A DNA stretch of 64,000 nucleotides from a virus (IMGVR_UViG_3300044266_000273:1-64000); one strand, 5' to 3'; shown: positions 35,792-44,112, counted from the first letter of the stretch. The notes: generated by a model not told the origin, from the sequence alone. A program made the numbers and translations.

Positions 35792-36589
35792 ATGGAAATT
35801 TCTGTTAAAAAAGAAGACCTACAAAAGAAAAGTATTTTTGTGGCTACACCAATGTATGGTGGAATGAATCATGGTTTGTACGCCAAGGCTTGCCTTGATT
35901 TACAATCAGTTTGTATTCAATACGGCGTCAATGTTAAATTTTCTTTTCTATTTAATGAATCATTAATTACACGCGCAAGAAATTATCTTGTAGACGAATT
36001 CCTACATCGTTCGGACTGTACTCATCTGTTGTTTATTGACTCAGATATTCATTTTGATCCGAGGGATGTTATTGCTATGTTAGCACTTGATAAAGATGTT
36101 ATTGGTGCTCCATACCCTAAGAAAGCCATCAAGTGGCGATCAGTTAAAAAAGCTATTGAAAAGAATCCAGATATTGAAGCACAACTATTGGAACGTGTGA
36201 CTGGAGATTACGTATTTAATCCTGTTAAAGGTACTGCACAATTTTCTGTGACCGAACCACTTGAAGTTCTAGAAATTGGAACTGGATTCATGATGGTGAA
36301 ACGTGAAGTGTTTCCTAAATTTGAAGAAGCATATCCAAATTTGAAATATCGGCCAGACCATGTGGGACAAGCTAACTTTGATGGCACACGATACATTCAT
36401 GCATACTTTGATACTGTGATTGATAAAGATTCAGAACGTTATTTGTCTGAAGATTATATGTTCTGTCAGTGGTGGAGAAACATCGGTGGAACAATTTATC
36501 TTTGCCCATGGATGCGTACTGACCATATCGGCACCTATCACTTCAAGGGAGACATGCCAGCAGTGGCCAATTTCGTTGGAGAAATGTAA
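35792..36589 (+). CDS. GT-A fold glycosyltransferase-like protein
   Basis: VATPMYGG, ESLITRARN, FIDSD (DxD), GTGFMM, YLSEDY.FC. Confidence 0.75.
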   Translation: MEISVKKEDLQKKSIFVATPMYGGMNHGLYAKACLDLQSVCIQYGVNVKFSFLFNESLITRARNYLVDEFLHRSDCTHLLFIDSDIHFDPRDVIAMLALDKDVIGAPYPKKAIKWRSVKKAIEKNPDIEAQLLERVTGDYVFNPVKGTAQFSVTEPLEVLEIGTGFMMVKREVFPKFEEAYPNLKYRPDHVGQANFDGTRYIHAYFDTVIDKDSERYLSEDYMFCQWWRNIGGTIYLCPWMRTDHIGTYHFKGDMPAVANFVGEM

Positions 36590-37266
36590 TGATTGTCGGC
36601 GTTCTCGGATTCATTGGTTCGGGTAAAGGTACTGTTGGAGATATTCTGAAAGACACATTAGGCTTCCGCAAGGCCAGTTTTGCTGGACATTTAAAAGATG
36701 TGGCAGCTTTAATGTTTGGATGGCCAAGAAACTTATTAGAAGGTGATACAAAAGAATCACGTGAATTCCGAGAACTAACCGACAAATATTGGTCACAAAA
36801 AATGGGCAGAGATTTCTCACCGAGAATTGCCATGCAACTATTGGGTACAGAAATTGGCCGTAATTTTTTTAGTGAAAATTTTTGGATTGATTGCCTTGAA
36901 AAACAAATCAAAAAAGATAAAGGCAACTATGTTATCACAGACGTAAGATTCAAAAATGAAATTGAATGGGTCACCAAACAAGGTGGGATTTTAATTGAGG
37001 TGCGGAGAAATACTACGCCTCACTGGTATGATATTGCATCAAAAGCCAATAGAGGTTCCGAAGCAGCCGAAAGATATATGTTGGATTCTGGTGTACACCA
37101 ATCTGAATGGAGATGGATCGGCAGAGATGTTGATTTTACCATAGACAACGAAGGAACTCTGGAAGACTTGCGTGAAAAAGTATTAACATGCTTGAAAACA
37201 TGTTACGGTATCAGTATAATTGAAGATATGTTACAACAACAAGGAGTATATAATGAAACTGTCTAA
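36589..37266 (+). CDS. gp1: Deoxynucleoside monophosphate kinase (gp1-like)
   Basis: GFIGSGKGT, FAGHLK, PR.AMQLLGTE, ITDVRF.NE, HQSE. Confidence 0.88.
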   Translation: MIVGVLGFIGSGKGTVGDILKDTLGFRKASFAGHLKDVAALMFGWPRNLLEGDTKESREFRELTDKYWSQKMGRDFSPRIAMQLLGTEIGRNFFSENFWIDCLEKQIKKDKGNYVITDVRFKNEIEWVTKQGGILIEVRRNTTPHWYDIASKANRGSEAAERYMLDSGVHQSEWRWIGRDVDFTIDNEGTLEDLREKVLTCLKTCYGISIIEDMLQQQGVYNETV

Positions 37267-37924
37267 CGACACTTTGACAATCCTGAAAAACTTTGCAAAC
37301 ATCAATGCAGGTTTGGAATTTCGGAAAGGTAACAAACTAGCTACCATTTCTCCATCTAAGACTGTGTTGGCCAAGACCACACTTGCAGACCAATTTCCAG
37401 AAGACTTTTGTGTGCATGATTTGAACGAGTTTCTATCTGTGCATTCTCTATACAAAGATCCTGTTTTGGACTTTGATGATGTGAATGTTGTGTTTAGGAG
37501 TGGGCGAAACAAAACCAACTATCGTAAAACTTCTAAGACTGCAATCGTAACTGTTCCAGAAAAAGAACTTTCACTTCCTACAGTTGAAGTTTCTTTTACT
37601 TTGAAAGAAGAAGACTTCCAGTTTGCAATGAAGACATCAAGTGTATTGAAGTCTCCTAATATTGCTATTGAATCTGATGGTAAAAAAGTTTATCTGTCTT
37701 GTTTCAATGCCGTAGATAATGGTGCTCATACCAATTCTACTGAAATTGCTGACGGTAACGGCAATGAATTCAAGGCTGTATTCAGCACAGAAAATTGGAA
37801 GATGATTCCTGGAACTTACAATGTAGAAATTTCTTCTAAAGGTTTGGCGTTGTTCAAGAGTGCCAATATGGATCTTCAGTATTGGATTGCCGTCGAAGCT
37901 AAGTATTCTAAATTCGGAGGTTAA
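37253..37924 (+). CDS. gp45: Sliding clamp gp45
   Basis: MKLSNDTLTILKNFANIN, YWIAVE. Confidence 0.93.
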   Translation: MKLSNDTLTILKNFANINAGLEFRKGNKLATISPSKTVLAKTTLADQFPEDFCVHDLNEFLSVHSLYKDPVLDFDDVNVVFRSGRNKTNYRKTSKTAIVTVPEKELSLPTVEVSFTLKEEDFQFAMKTSSVLKSPNIAIESDGKKVYLSCFNAVDNGAHTNSTEIADGNGNEFKAVFSTENWKMIPGTYNVEISSKGLALFKSANMDLQYWIAVEAKYSKFGG

Positions 37925-37926
37925 GA

Positions 37927-38199
37927 ATGAAAGTTAATACCATTTTTGGTTCTTTTGATGAGGAACAATTGTCTAAACTTAAAGATTACATCAACGAAAC
38001 TGTTCGTGTGTTGCAGAGTATGGACACCAAGAAAGTTGAATTGCGGGATGTAATCAATGCTGCACACGAAGACATGAAGATTCCTAAGAAAATTATTCGC
38101 CGTATGGCCAAAGTTCAAATGAATCAGTCCTTCCAGGAAGAAGTTGCTGAATATAAAGAGTTTGAAGCTTTGTTTGAAGGAATGAATGAGGCAAAATAA
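37927..38199 (+). CDS. dsDNA-binding protein, T4 DsbA-like
   Basis: 90-aa helical protein with IPKKIIRRMAK..F.EE..E...FEALF pattern. Confidence 0.6.
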   Translation: MKVNTIFGSFDEEQLSKLKDYINETVRVLQSMDTKKVELRDVINAAHEDMKIPKKIIRRMAKVQMNQSFQEEVAEYKEFEALFEGMNEAK

Positions 38200-38561
38200 T
38201 GAATGAACGCAGAAAATTTCTTCGTGGTGTAGGACTTTTCGGTGCTCTTGCAGCCGGTGCAACAGCTGCTAAAGCAAATGTTGCACCTGTAGTCATCAAT
38301 AATAATTATACTACAGTGACTGGTGATGAATTTCCTACTGAAGAGTTGGAAAAACAAATTGAAAACAAACCAGTTTTGATGTTACAAGCAACATATGGTA
38401 CACCAAAAACACCAAGTAGTGACCCATATAATCCTTATATGATTGCTGGATTTGGTGAAAATTATGTTGAGGGTACAAAAAAACAAGTTCAAGTGCAAAT
38501 TGTACCAGGTCCTGATGGAAAACTTTACGTCAAAGAGAATGACACCTGGCGTAAGTTGTGA
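38199..38561 (+). CDS. Hypothetical protein with twin-arginine (Tat) signal peptide
   Basis: MNERRKFL + hydrophobic stretch + AKA cleavage motif. Confidence 0.65.
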   Translation: MNERRKFLRGVGLFGALAAGATAAKANVAPVVINNNYTTVTGDEFPTEELEKQIENKPVLMLQATYGTPKTPSSDPYNPYMIAGFGENYVEGTKKQVQVQIVPGPDGKLYVKENDTWRKL

Positions 38562-38593
38562 TATGATTATGTTTTATATTATGGAGATTGTGA

Positions 38594-39529
38594 ATGAACG
38601 ACGAACACATTTTGTGGGTGGAAAAGTATCGCCCTAAGACCGTTGAAGAATGTATTCTTCCTGATAACATTAAAGAGACGTTTCAGGAATATGTAAATCG
38701 TAAAGAGATTCCCAATCTCTTGTTGGCTGGCACCGCAGGTGTTGGTAAAACTACAATCGCTAAGGCCCTTTGCAATGAAGTTGGCTGTGACTACATGGTC
38801 ATCAACGGTTCTGATGAGAACGGTGTAGAAACTGTACGAGTCAAAATTAAAAACTATGCATCCACAGTTTCATTGGCTGGTGGTCGCAAAGTTATTATTC
38901 TTGACGAAGCTGATTATCTATCACCTAATGCACAAGCAATTCTACGTGCAGGCATTGAAGAGTTTGCTGGTAATTGTTCCTTTATTTTCACGTGTAATTA
39001 TAAGAATCGTATTATTGATCCGATTCATTCACGTTGTACGGTTGTTGATTTTAAAATCAATGGCAACAAAGCCAAACTCGCATCACAATTTTTCAAACGT
39101 GTTGAATGGATTCTTGGTGAAGAAAATATCTCATGGGAAAAAGAAGCTGTTGCAGCGGTCATCACCAAATATTTTCCAGACAATCGCCGAGTTCTAAATG
39201 AATTGCAACGTTATTCGGTTTCCGGTGTCATTGACAAGGGCATTTTGGCCGTAGTTAGTGATGTTCAGATTGTTGAACTCATCAAGTCATTAAAAGACAA
39301 AGATTTCAGTTCGTGCCGCAAATGGGTCACAAATAATCTAGATAATGATCCATCTAGAATCTTTCGCAAACTTTATGATTCGTTGTATGAACAACTAAAA
39401 TCAAACTCTGTACCGCAACTGGTACTCATTCTTGCCAAATATCAATATCAGGCAGCTTTTGTTGCAGACCATGAAATCAACCTAATGGCCTGTCTGACTG
39501 AGGTGATGGTGGAGTGTGACTTCAAATGA
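38594..39529 (+). CDS. gp44: Clamp loader large subunit gp44
   Basis: WVEKYRP, GTAGVGKTT, LDEAD, SRC. Confidence 0.95.
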   Translation: MNDEHILWVEKYRPKTVEECILPDNIKETFQEYVNRKEIPNLLLAGTAGVGKTTIAKALCNEVGCDYMVINGSDENGVETVRVKIKNYASTVSLAGGRKVIILDEADYLSPNAQAILRAGIEEFAGNCSFIFTCNYKNRIIDPIHSRCTVVDFKINGNKAKLASQFFKRVEWILGEENISWEKEAVAAVITKYFPDNRRVLNELQRYSVSGVIDKGILAVVSDVQIVELIKSLKDKDFSSCRKWVTNNLDNDPSRIFRKLYDSLYEQLKSNSVPQLVLILAKYQYQAAFVADHEINLMACLTEVMVECDFK

Positions 39530-39900
39530 GCCCGTTTGATTATGTGAATCTAATTCTCCATAATAAAAAACAAGATGGCGAATTAGATTTTGTGGACTAT
39601 GCTCCATATATTGTCAATCGGTCACTATCTTTTCATTTAGATTGTGTGCCTTACGTTCAAGAAATGAATATCTATTCTAGTCTTGATAAAGATATGCAAT
39701 ACCAGTATCTTCTAAATAGTATCAGGCCTATGAAACGGAAGTTTGTTCCGTGGCAGAAAGCTAATGTAGACAAGGATATTGAATGTATTAAGTTATATTT
39801 TGGTTATTCAAATCAAAAAGCCAGAGAAGCACTCCTTATCCTTACAGATGAACAAATCGCTGAAATAAAAAAAAGAACAGATAAAGGCGGAGTGAAATGA
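39526..39900 (+). CDS. gp62: Clamp loader small subunit gp62
   Basis: Y.PYIVNRSLS, YFGYSNQKA; synteny. Confidence 0.9.
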   Translation: MSPFDYVNLILHNKKQDGELDFVDYAPYIVNRSLSFHLDCVPYVQEMNIYSSLDKDMQYQYLLNSIRPMKRKFVPWQKANVDKDIECIKLYFGYSNQKAREALLILTDEQIAEIKKRTDKGGVK

Positions 39901-40304
39901 TTGACATAAAGGATTTAGTTGAAGTTACACTGAACGAAAAGGATGATTTCTTAAAAGTTCGTGAGACACTTACCCGTATCGGTGTTGCTTCCAAAAAAGA
40001 TAAAATATTATACCAATCTTGCCACATCCTCCACAAGCGTGGGCAATACTATGTGGTACATTTCAAAGAACTGTTTGCACTAGACGGAAAACCTACGGAT
40101 ATTACCGAGAGTGATCTGTCACGTAGAAATGCTATTGTAAATCTATTGGAAGACTGGGGATTAGTGTCCATTGTCAAAAAGGAACAGACAGAAACCCCAC
40201 CACCAATTTTTCTTTCACAGATTAAGATTATCTCGCACAAAGAAAAGAAAGATTGGCAACTGGTACCTAAGTACAGTATTGGTAAAAAACCACAAAAAGA
40301 TTGA
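39897..40304 (+). CDS. regA: Translational repressor RegA
   Basis: DDFLKVRETLTRIG, LYQSCHILHKRG.YY.VHFKELF. Confidence 0.95.
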   Translation: MIDIKDLVEVTLNEKDDFLKVRETLTRIGVASKKDKILYQSCHILHKRGQYYVVHFKELFALDGKPTDITESDLSRRNAIVNLLEDWGLVSIVKKEQTETPPPIFLSQIKIISHKEKKDWQLVPKYSIGKKPQKD

Positions 40305-40330
40305 CAAACTAGTATAAATACTAATATAAT
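40301..40330 (+). promoter_or_regulatory. Nested sigma70 and late promoters for hsp20
   Basis: TTGACA-18-TATAAT with TATAAATA (40313-40320) inside the spacer. Confidence 0.7.
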
Positions 40331-40335
40331 CATGG

Positions 40336-40389
40336 TGCCGTGCCATATTGGGCGGCAGTTTCAAACTCGCTTAACTAAAGGAGCAAAAA
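40336..40389 (+). promoter_or_regulatory. ROSE-like RNA thermometer in hsp20 5'UTR
   Basis: CTCGCTT (40366-72) pairs with AAGGAG (40378-83) with bulged G; upstream TGCCG/CGGCA hairpin. Confidence 0.55.
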
Positions 40390-40821
40390 ATGACTTTTTT
40401 ACCTAACCTCGACCTGGCTCGTCTTGATCCATTCACCATTGGATTTGACAAAATGTTCACGGAACTGCAACAAGCAACTAAGAACGTTACCAACTATCCC
40501 CCATATAATATCAAACAAGTTAAAGAAAACAAGTACGTCATTGAAATGGCTGTTGCTGGTTTTGCTAAGTCTGATATTGAAATCACGATTGATGGTAATA
40601 CTCTTATTATCAAGGGTGCAACCGAAGATGACAAAGCAGCCGATGAAGAATCCTTCATTTGGAAAGGAATTGCCAACCGCAATTTCAACCGTACATTCAA
40701 GTTGGCAGACAAGATTGAAATCAAAGATGCCGAACTTGTAAATGGTATGCTTCGAATCTGGTTGGAAAACATGGTCAAAGCCCAAGACGCTATTAAGAAA
40801 ATTTCCATCAAGGAAAAATAA
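40390..40821 (+). CDS. hsp20: Small heat-shock protein (Hsp20/IbpA family)
   Basis: IGFD, NYPPYNI, IEMAVAGF, KGIANRNF.R.F.L, NGML. Confidence 0.93.
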   Translation: MTFLPNLDLARLDPFTIGFDKMFTELQQATKNVTNYPPYNIKQVKENKYVIEMAVAGFAKSDIEITIDGNTLIIKGATEDDKAADEESFIWKGIANRNFNRTFKLADKIEIKDAELVNGMLRIWLENMVKAQDAIKKISIKEK

Positions 40822-40831
40822 TGAAATGAAG

Positions 40832-40865
40832 GGGGCTTGACAAGAGCCCCTTTTTATTATACAAT
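40832..40865 (+). terminator. Terminator overlapping a sigma70 promoter
   Basis: GGGGCT/AGCCCC + T5; TTGACA(40837)-17-TACAAT. Confidence 0.7.
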
Positions 40866-40874
40866 TGATGTATT

Positions 40875-41069
40875 ATGAAAAAATACAATCAAAAGCCATC
40901 AATACGCAAGGTTCGTTCTAAGGCGAATCAGGACGTTTATTACACTTCACCTCAATGGGAAACCAAAGAGATTGAAGGCGTAGTATTCATGCCTGTCGTA
41001 AAAATGCCCACAATGGAAAAACAAAATATCCATTGGATGCGTAAAGATAGCATGGAATATATCAAGTAG
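40875..41069 (+). CDS. Small hypothetical protein
   Basis: ORF just downstream of promoter; stop overlaps tRNA start. Confidence 0.55.
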   Translation: MKKYNQKPSIRKVRSKANQDVYYTSPQWETKEIEGVVFMPVVKMPTMEKQNIHWMRKDSMEYIK

Positions 41070-41144
41070 CGCTTGTAGCTCAGTGGTTAGAGCAGAGGAC
41101 TCATAATCCTTTGGTCGTGGGTTCGAATCCCCCCGAGCGCACCA
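41069..41144 (+). tRNA. tRNA-CAT, Ile2 (lysidine)-like
   Basis: Cloverleaf with CCA; GACTCATAATC arm and C4-G69 resemble tRNA-Ile2. Confidence 0.8.
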
Positions 41145-41162
41145 TATAATTAAAGGAGTATC

Positions 41163-41612
41163 ATGTCTGTTACACTAAAGAATCTGGAGTCTGCATTGGC
41201 AGGTGAGTCTATGGCTCACATCAAGTACCGTTATTTTGCCAAGCTTGCTCGAGCTGAAGGTTACGAAGAAGTGGCCAAACACTTTGAACACACCGCAGAT
41301 CAAGAATTACATCATGCGTGGAGTCATCTTGAGTTGTTGATTGGTACGCCTTCAACCAAAGAATGCTTGGAAAAAGCTATTGCAGGTGAAACATACGAAT
41401 ACACTGAAATGTATCCTCAGTTCCTTGCAATTGCCGAGACAGAATGCAATCATCATGCAGCACGAATTGCAAAAGAGCAAATTATGGAAAGTGAAGAACA
41501 TGCTTTGCAGTTTATGGAAGTATTGAAGAAGGCCGAAAAACGTTTTGCTGCACTTGAGAAAGTTGAGAAGCGTCATGCGGAAGCCTATCAAAAAGTATTG
41601 GAGGGTCTATAA
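41163..41612 (+). CDS. Rubrerythrin (ferritin-like di-iron)
   Basis: NLESALAGES, YRYFA, EL.HA, GETYEYTEMYP, E.EHA. Confidence 0.88.
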   Translation: MSVTLKNLESALAGESMAHIKYRYFAKLARAEGYEEVAKHFEHTADQELHHAWSHLELLIGTPSTKECLEKAIAGETYEYTEMYPQFLAIAETECNHHAARIAKEQIMESEEHALQFMEVLKKAEKRFAALEKVEKRHAEAYQKVLEGL

Positions 41613-41767
41613 TGTCTGAACAAAAAGTTATACATGTTTGCCCTGTATGTGAATATGTGCATGAAGATAATTCCGTTGTAACTTGGGAAAATTTACCTGA
41701 TGACCATCCTTGTCCAGCTTGCAGTGTTGAAAAAATGTTCTTTGAAGAAAGAGTTGTGACTGTATAA
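41612..41767 (+). CDS. Rubredoxin (not in ORF track)
   Basis: Manual translation MSEQKVIHVCPVCEYVHE...WENLPDDHPCPACSVEKMFF; two CxxC motifs; TAATG coupling. Confidence 0.85.
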   Translation: MSEQKVIHVCPVCEYVHEDNSVVTWENLPDDHPCPACSVEKMFFEERVVTV

Positions 41768-41776
41768 TTTCACATT

Positions 41777-42205
41777 ATGAAACAGAAATTTCGTGATGTT
41801 TATATGAAAACGGCCGAGGTGTTCGCTGAACTATCCTCGGCTCGCAGACTTCATGTTGGTGCGATTGTTGTAAAAGATGACCGCATCATTTCTATTGGTT
41901 ACAATGGCATGCCATCTGGTTGGGACAATAACTGTGAGATTGAATTGAAACAACCAGTTAATCGTGTGAATTTGGTTACAAAACCAGAGGTGCTTCATGC
42001 TGAAACAAATGCAATCGCTAAGTTGGCAAAATCTACTGAATCTGGCAGCGGTGCTACTCTTTTTGTCACTCATGCTCCTTGTCTGGAATGCGCCAAGTTG
42101 GTTTATCAGTCTGGTATTAATTCTGTGTACTATAGGAATAGTTACCGTGATACGAATGGCCTGGATTTCCTACAAAAATGCAATGTTACAGTGGAAAAAA
42201 TTTGA
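41777..42205 (+). CDS. cd: dCMP deaminase
   Basis: VGAIVV, GYNG, HAETNAI, PCLEC. Confidence 0.92.
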   Translation: MKQKFRDVYMKTAEVFAELSSARRLHVGAIVVKDDRIISIGYNGMPSGWDNNCEIELKQPVNRVNLVTKPEVLHAETNAIAKLAKSTESGSGATLFVTHAPCLECAKLVYQSGINSVYYRNSYRDTNGLDFLQKCNVTVEKI

Positions 42206-42275
42206 AGAAGACATGTGGAGGATGTTGTAGACCTAAATACTGGCATTGAGTTTGCGAAAACTTACTGGAGAACCC

Positions 42276-42782
42276 ATGAAAGTTAAGGTAACTAATTGTC
42301 CAGATAAAGATTTTAAACCTTATGTGGAAAAGGCAGTTACATTTTTCGCCGAACAGTTGATAACAAATACCAGAATACGCAATAATTGCCACACTACAGT
42401 CCGATTTAATTCTGCACTGAAAGATTTTGGATCCGCAGTAGTCGCAGGAACAAACAGTAGAAAACAACCAAGAACTTTTATCATAGAAGTTCATCCTGGT
42501 ATACAAGTAAGAAATATATTGTCCACACTTGCACACGAAATGGTGCATATCAAACAATTTATATACGGTGAAACGAATGACCAACTTTCAGTATGGAAAG
42601 GTAAGAGAGTCAATTCGGAACAAATGGATTATTGGATACACCCTTGGGAAATAGATGCACATGGACGAGAAGTTGGATTGTCAACTAAGTTTGCAGTGGC
42701 CGAAAAATTATGGGATGTGTTTGATGGGTTCAAAAATCCAGATTTACCTATCGTATCTGTTCCTATAAAATGGAAAAAATAA
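42276..42782 (+). CDS. Zn metallopeptidase-like protein (HExxH)
   Basis: TLAHEMVHIKQ, Y..HPWEIDA. Confidence 0.7.
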   Translation: MKVKVTNCPDKDFKPYVEKAVTFFAEQLITNTRIRNNCHTTVRFNSALKDFGSAVVAGTNSRKQPRTFIIEVHPGIQVRNILSTLAHEMVHIKQFIYGETNDQLSVWKGKRVNSEQMDYWIHPWEIDAHGREVGLSTKFAVAEKLWDVFDGFKNPDLPIVSVPIKWKK

Positions 42783-43286
42783 ATGAGCCACGTGAATTGG
42801 GGACACAAAACATATGGCGCTGAGAAGATAGAGGTTTTTCAGTGGGGTGAAGGTGCAAAATGTCACATAGGAAAATATTGTTCTGTTGCTGATAAGGTTA
42901 AAATATTTTTAGGTGGTGACCACAAAGTAAATTGGGTCAGTACATTTCCACACAAACAACAAACAGGAACAAAAGGTGATATAATTATTGGCAACGATGT
43001 TTGGTTGAGTCATGGTGTGACGATTATGTCTGGTGTAACCATAGGTGATGGCGCAATCGTAGCAGCCAACTCACATGTAGTGAAAAACATAGAGCCATAT
43101 ACAATTTGTGGTGGCAATCCTGCAAAGTATATAAGACACAGATTTAGTGGTGATGTTATAGATTTGTTATTAAGATTAAAGTGGTGGGATCTGCATGACA
43201 ACCAGGTAAGTGAAATACATGATGTATTATGTGCCGAACCAAATTTAGAAGAATTGAAAAAAATAGTTGAGAAATACCAACGGTAA
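42783..43286 (+). CDS. Hexapeptide-repeat O-acetyltransferase (CatB/Vat-like)
   Basis: IGKYCS, IIIGNDVWL, GVTIGDGAIVAA, GGNPA, LKWWD. Confidence 0.88.
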   Translation: MSHVNWGHKTYGAEKIEVFQWGEGAKCHIGKYCSVADKVKIFLGGDHKVNWVSTFPHKQQTGTKGDIIIGNDVWLSHGVTIMSGVTIGDGAIVAANSHVVKNIEPYTICGGNPAKYIRHRFSGDVIDLLLRLKWWDLHDNQVSEIHDVLCAEPNLEELKKIVEKYQR

Positions 43287-43333
43287 TTAAAAAAGTTTAC
43301 TATATACCTTTATAACTTTTGATGGAGTTTTAA

Positions 43334-43438
43334 TTGTTACACATATCCAAACCCGTTACAACCTGTGAGTATCGCACACCATTTATTGGTAGCGATAATC
43401 AGTCATGGCTACACGGCAAAGGGGTATGTGAAACCTAG
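43334..43438 (+). CDS. Putative attenuator leader peptide (34 aa, 19 different amino acids)
   Basis: GGAG-6nt-TTG; MLHISKPVTTCEYRTPFIGSDNQSWLHGKGVCET*; not in ORF track. Confidence 0.7.
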   Translation: MLHISKPVTTCEYRTPFIGSDNQSWLHGKGVCET

Positions 43439-43496
43439 TAAAACCTAAAAAGTAAAAAAATTTCACAAGCCCCACCCTAAAAAAGTGGGGTTTTTT
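43421..43496 (+). terminator. Antiterminator/terminator switch upstream of tRNA array
   Basis: Terminator GCCCCAC/GTGGGGT + T-run; alternative pairing 43421-43433 with 43461-43473. Confidence 0.75.
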
Positions 43497-43582
43497 GTTG
43501 CTTTTTTGCAACACACGTATTGACAAAGTTCTAGAACTGTGTATAATTCGTGATTCGTTCTTAAAAAATTTAAAGTAGTTTG
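43496..43582 (+). promoter_or_regulatory. tRNA-array promoter module 1 (palindrome, sigma70 promoter, boxA-like leader)
   Basis: TGTTGC-N6-GCAACA; TTGACA-16-TATAAT; 29-nt leader identical to 44251-44279. Confidence 0.75.
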
Positions 43583-43583
43583 T

Positions 43584-43660
43584 AGCCGCTTCGCCAAGTC
43601 CGGTAAGGCACTTGATTTTGATTCAAGCATTCGGTGGTTCGAATCCATCAGCGGCTGCCA
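43584..43660 (+). tRNA. tRNA-Gln(TTG)
   Basis: Cloverleaf, CTTGA-TTTTGAT-TCAAG, CCA. Confidence 0.9.
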
Positions 43661-43754
43661 TATTGAAGCACATTATAGTGACGCATGAGCAGGTCATTAA
43701 CTTCCGCTGGTTACGCCAATCGTAAGTGAGTGAAGATAGTGTGTTTCAATATGG
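43658..43754 (+). ncRNA. Conserved-stem cassette 1
   Basis: CCATATTGAAGCACATT...AGTGTGTTTCAATATGG enclosing 63 nt. Confidence 0.6.
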
Positions 43755-43760
43755 TTTATT

Positions 43761-43851
43761 GGAAACGTGGCAGAGTCCGGTTTATTGCAACAGTCTTGAA
43801 AACTGTCGAGCGCATCATGCTCCGTGAGTTCGAATCTCACCGTTTCCGCCA
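43761..43851 (+). tRNA. tRNA-Ser(TGA)
   Basis: Class II cloverleaf, G73, CCA. Confidence 0.9.
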
Positions 43852-43857
43852 ATTTTC

Positions 43858-43947
43858 CGAGAACGGGCAGGACGGTAATGCAGCGGATTGCTAATCCGTA
43901 GATTCATGAAAATGGATCACAGGGTTCGACTCCCTGGTTCTCGGCCA
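43858..43947 (+). tRNA. tRNA-Ser(GCT)
   Basis: Class II cloverleaf, G73, CCA; lacks U8. Confidence 0.82.
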
Positions 43948-44015
43948 AGTTGTGTTGCAACTGATTTGAGGAACTCCCGTACACCTCAAAAAGAATGACA
44001 AAAAAACGGGGCCAT

Positions 44016-44107
44016 GCCAGCGAGACTTGGTAGTCAGAGAGGTCTTATAAGCCTTTTAGCGCCAGATTAGCGTTCTTGAGAGTGTTCGATTCACTCCGCT
44101 GGTACCA
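44016..44107 (+). tRNA. Non-canonical tRNA, anticodon TAT, long variable arm
   Basis: GCCAGCG/CGCTGGT acceptor, CTTATAA loop, GAGTG-TTCGATT-CACTC, ACCA. Confidence 0.7.
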
Positions 44108-44112
44108 ATTAT

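Noticed and set aside
42783-43286. Antibiotic-resistance gene (CatB/Vat)
   Set aside because: The hexapeptide fold is shared with sugar O-acetyltransferases; substrate cannot be inferred and the glycan-gene context fits better.
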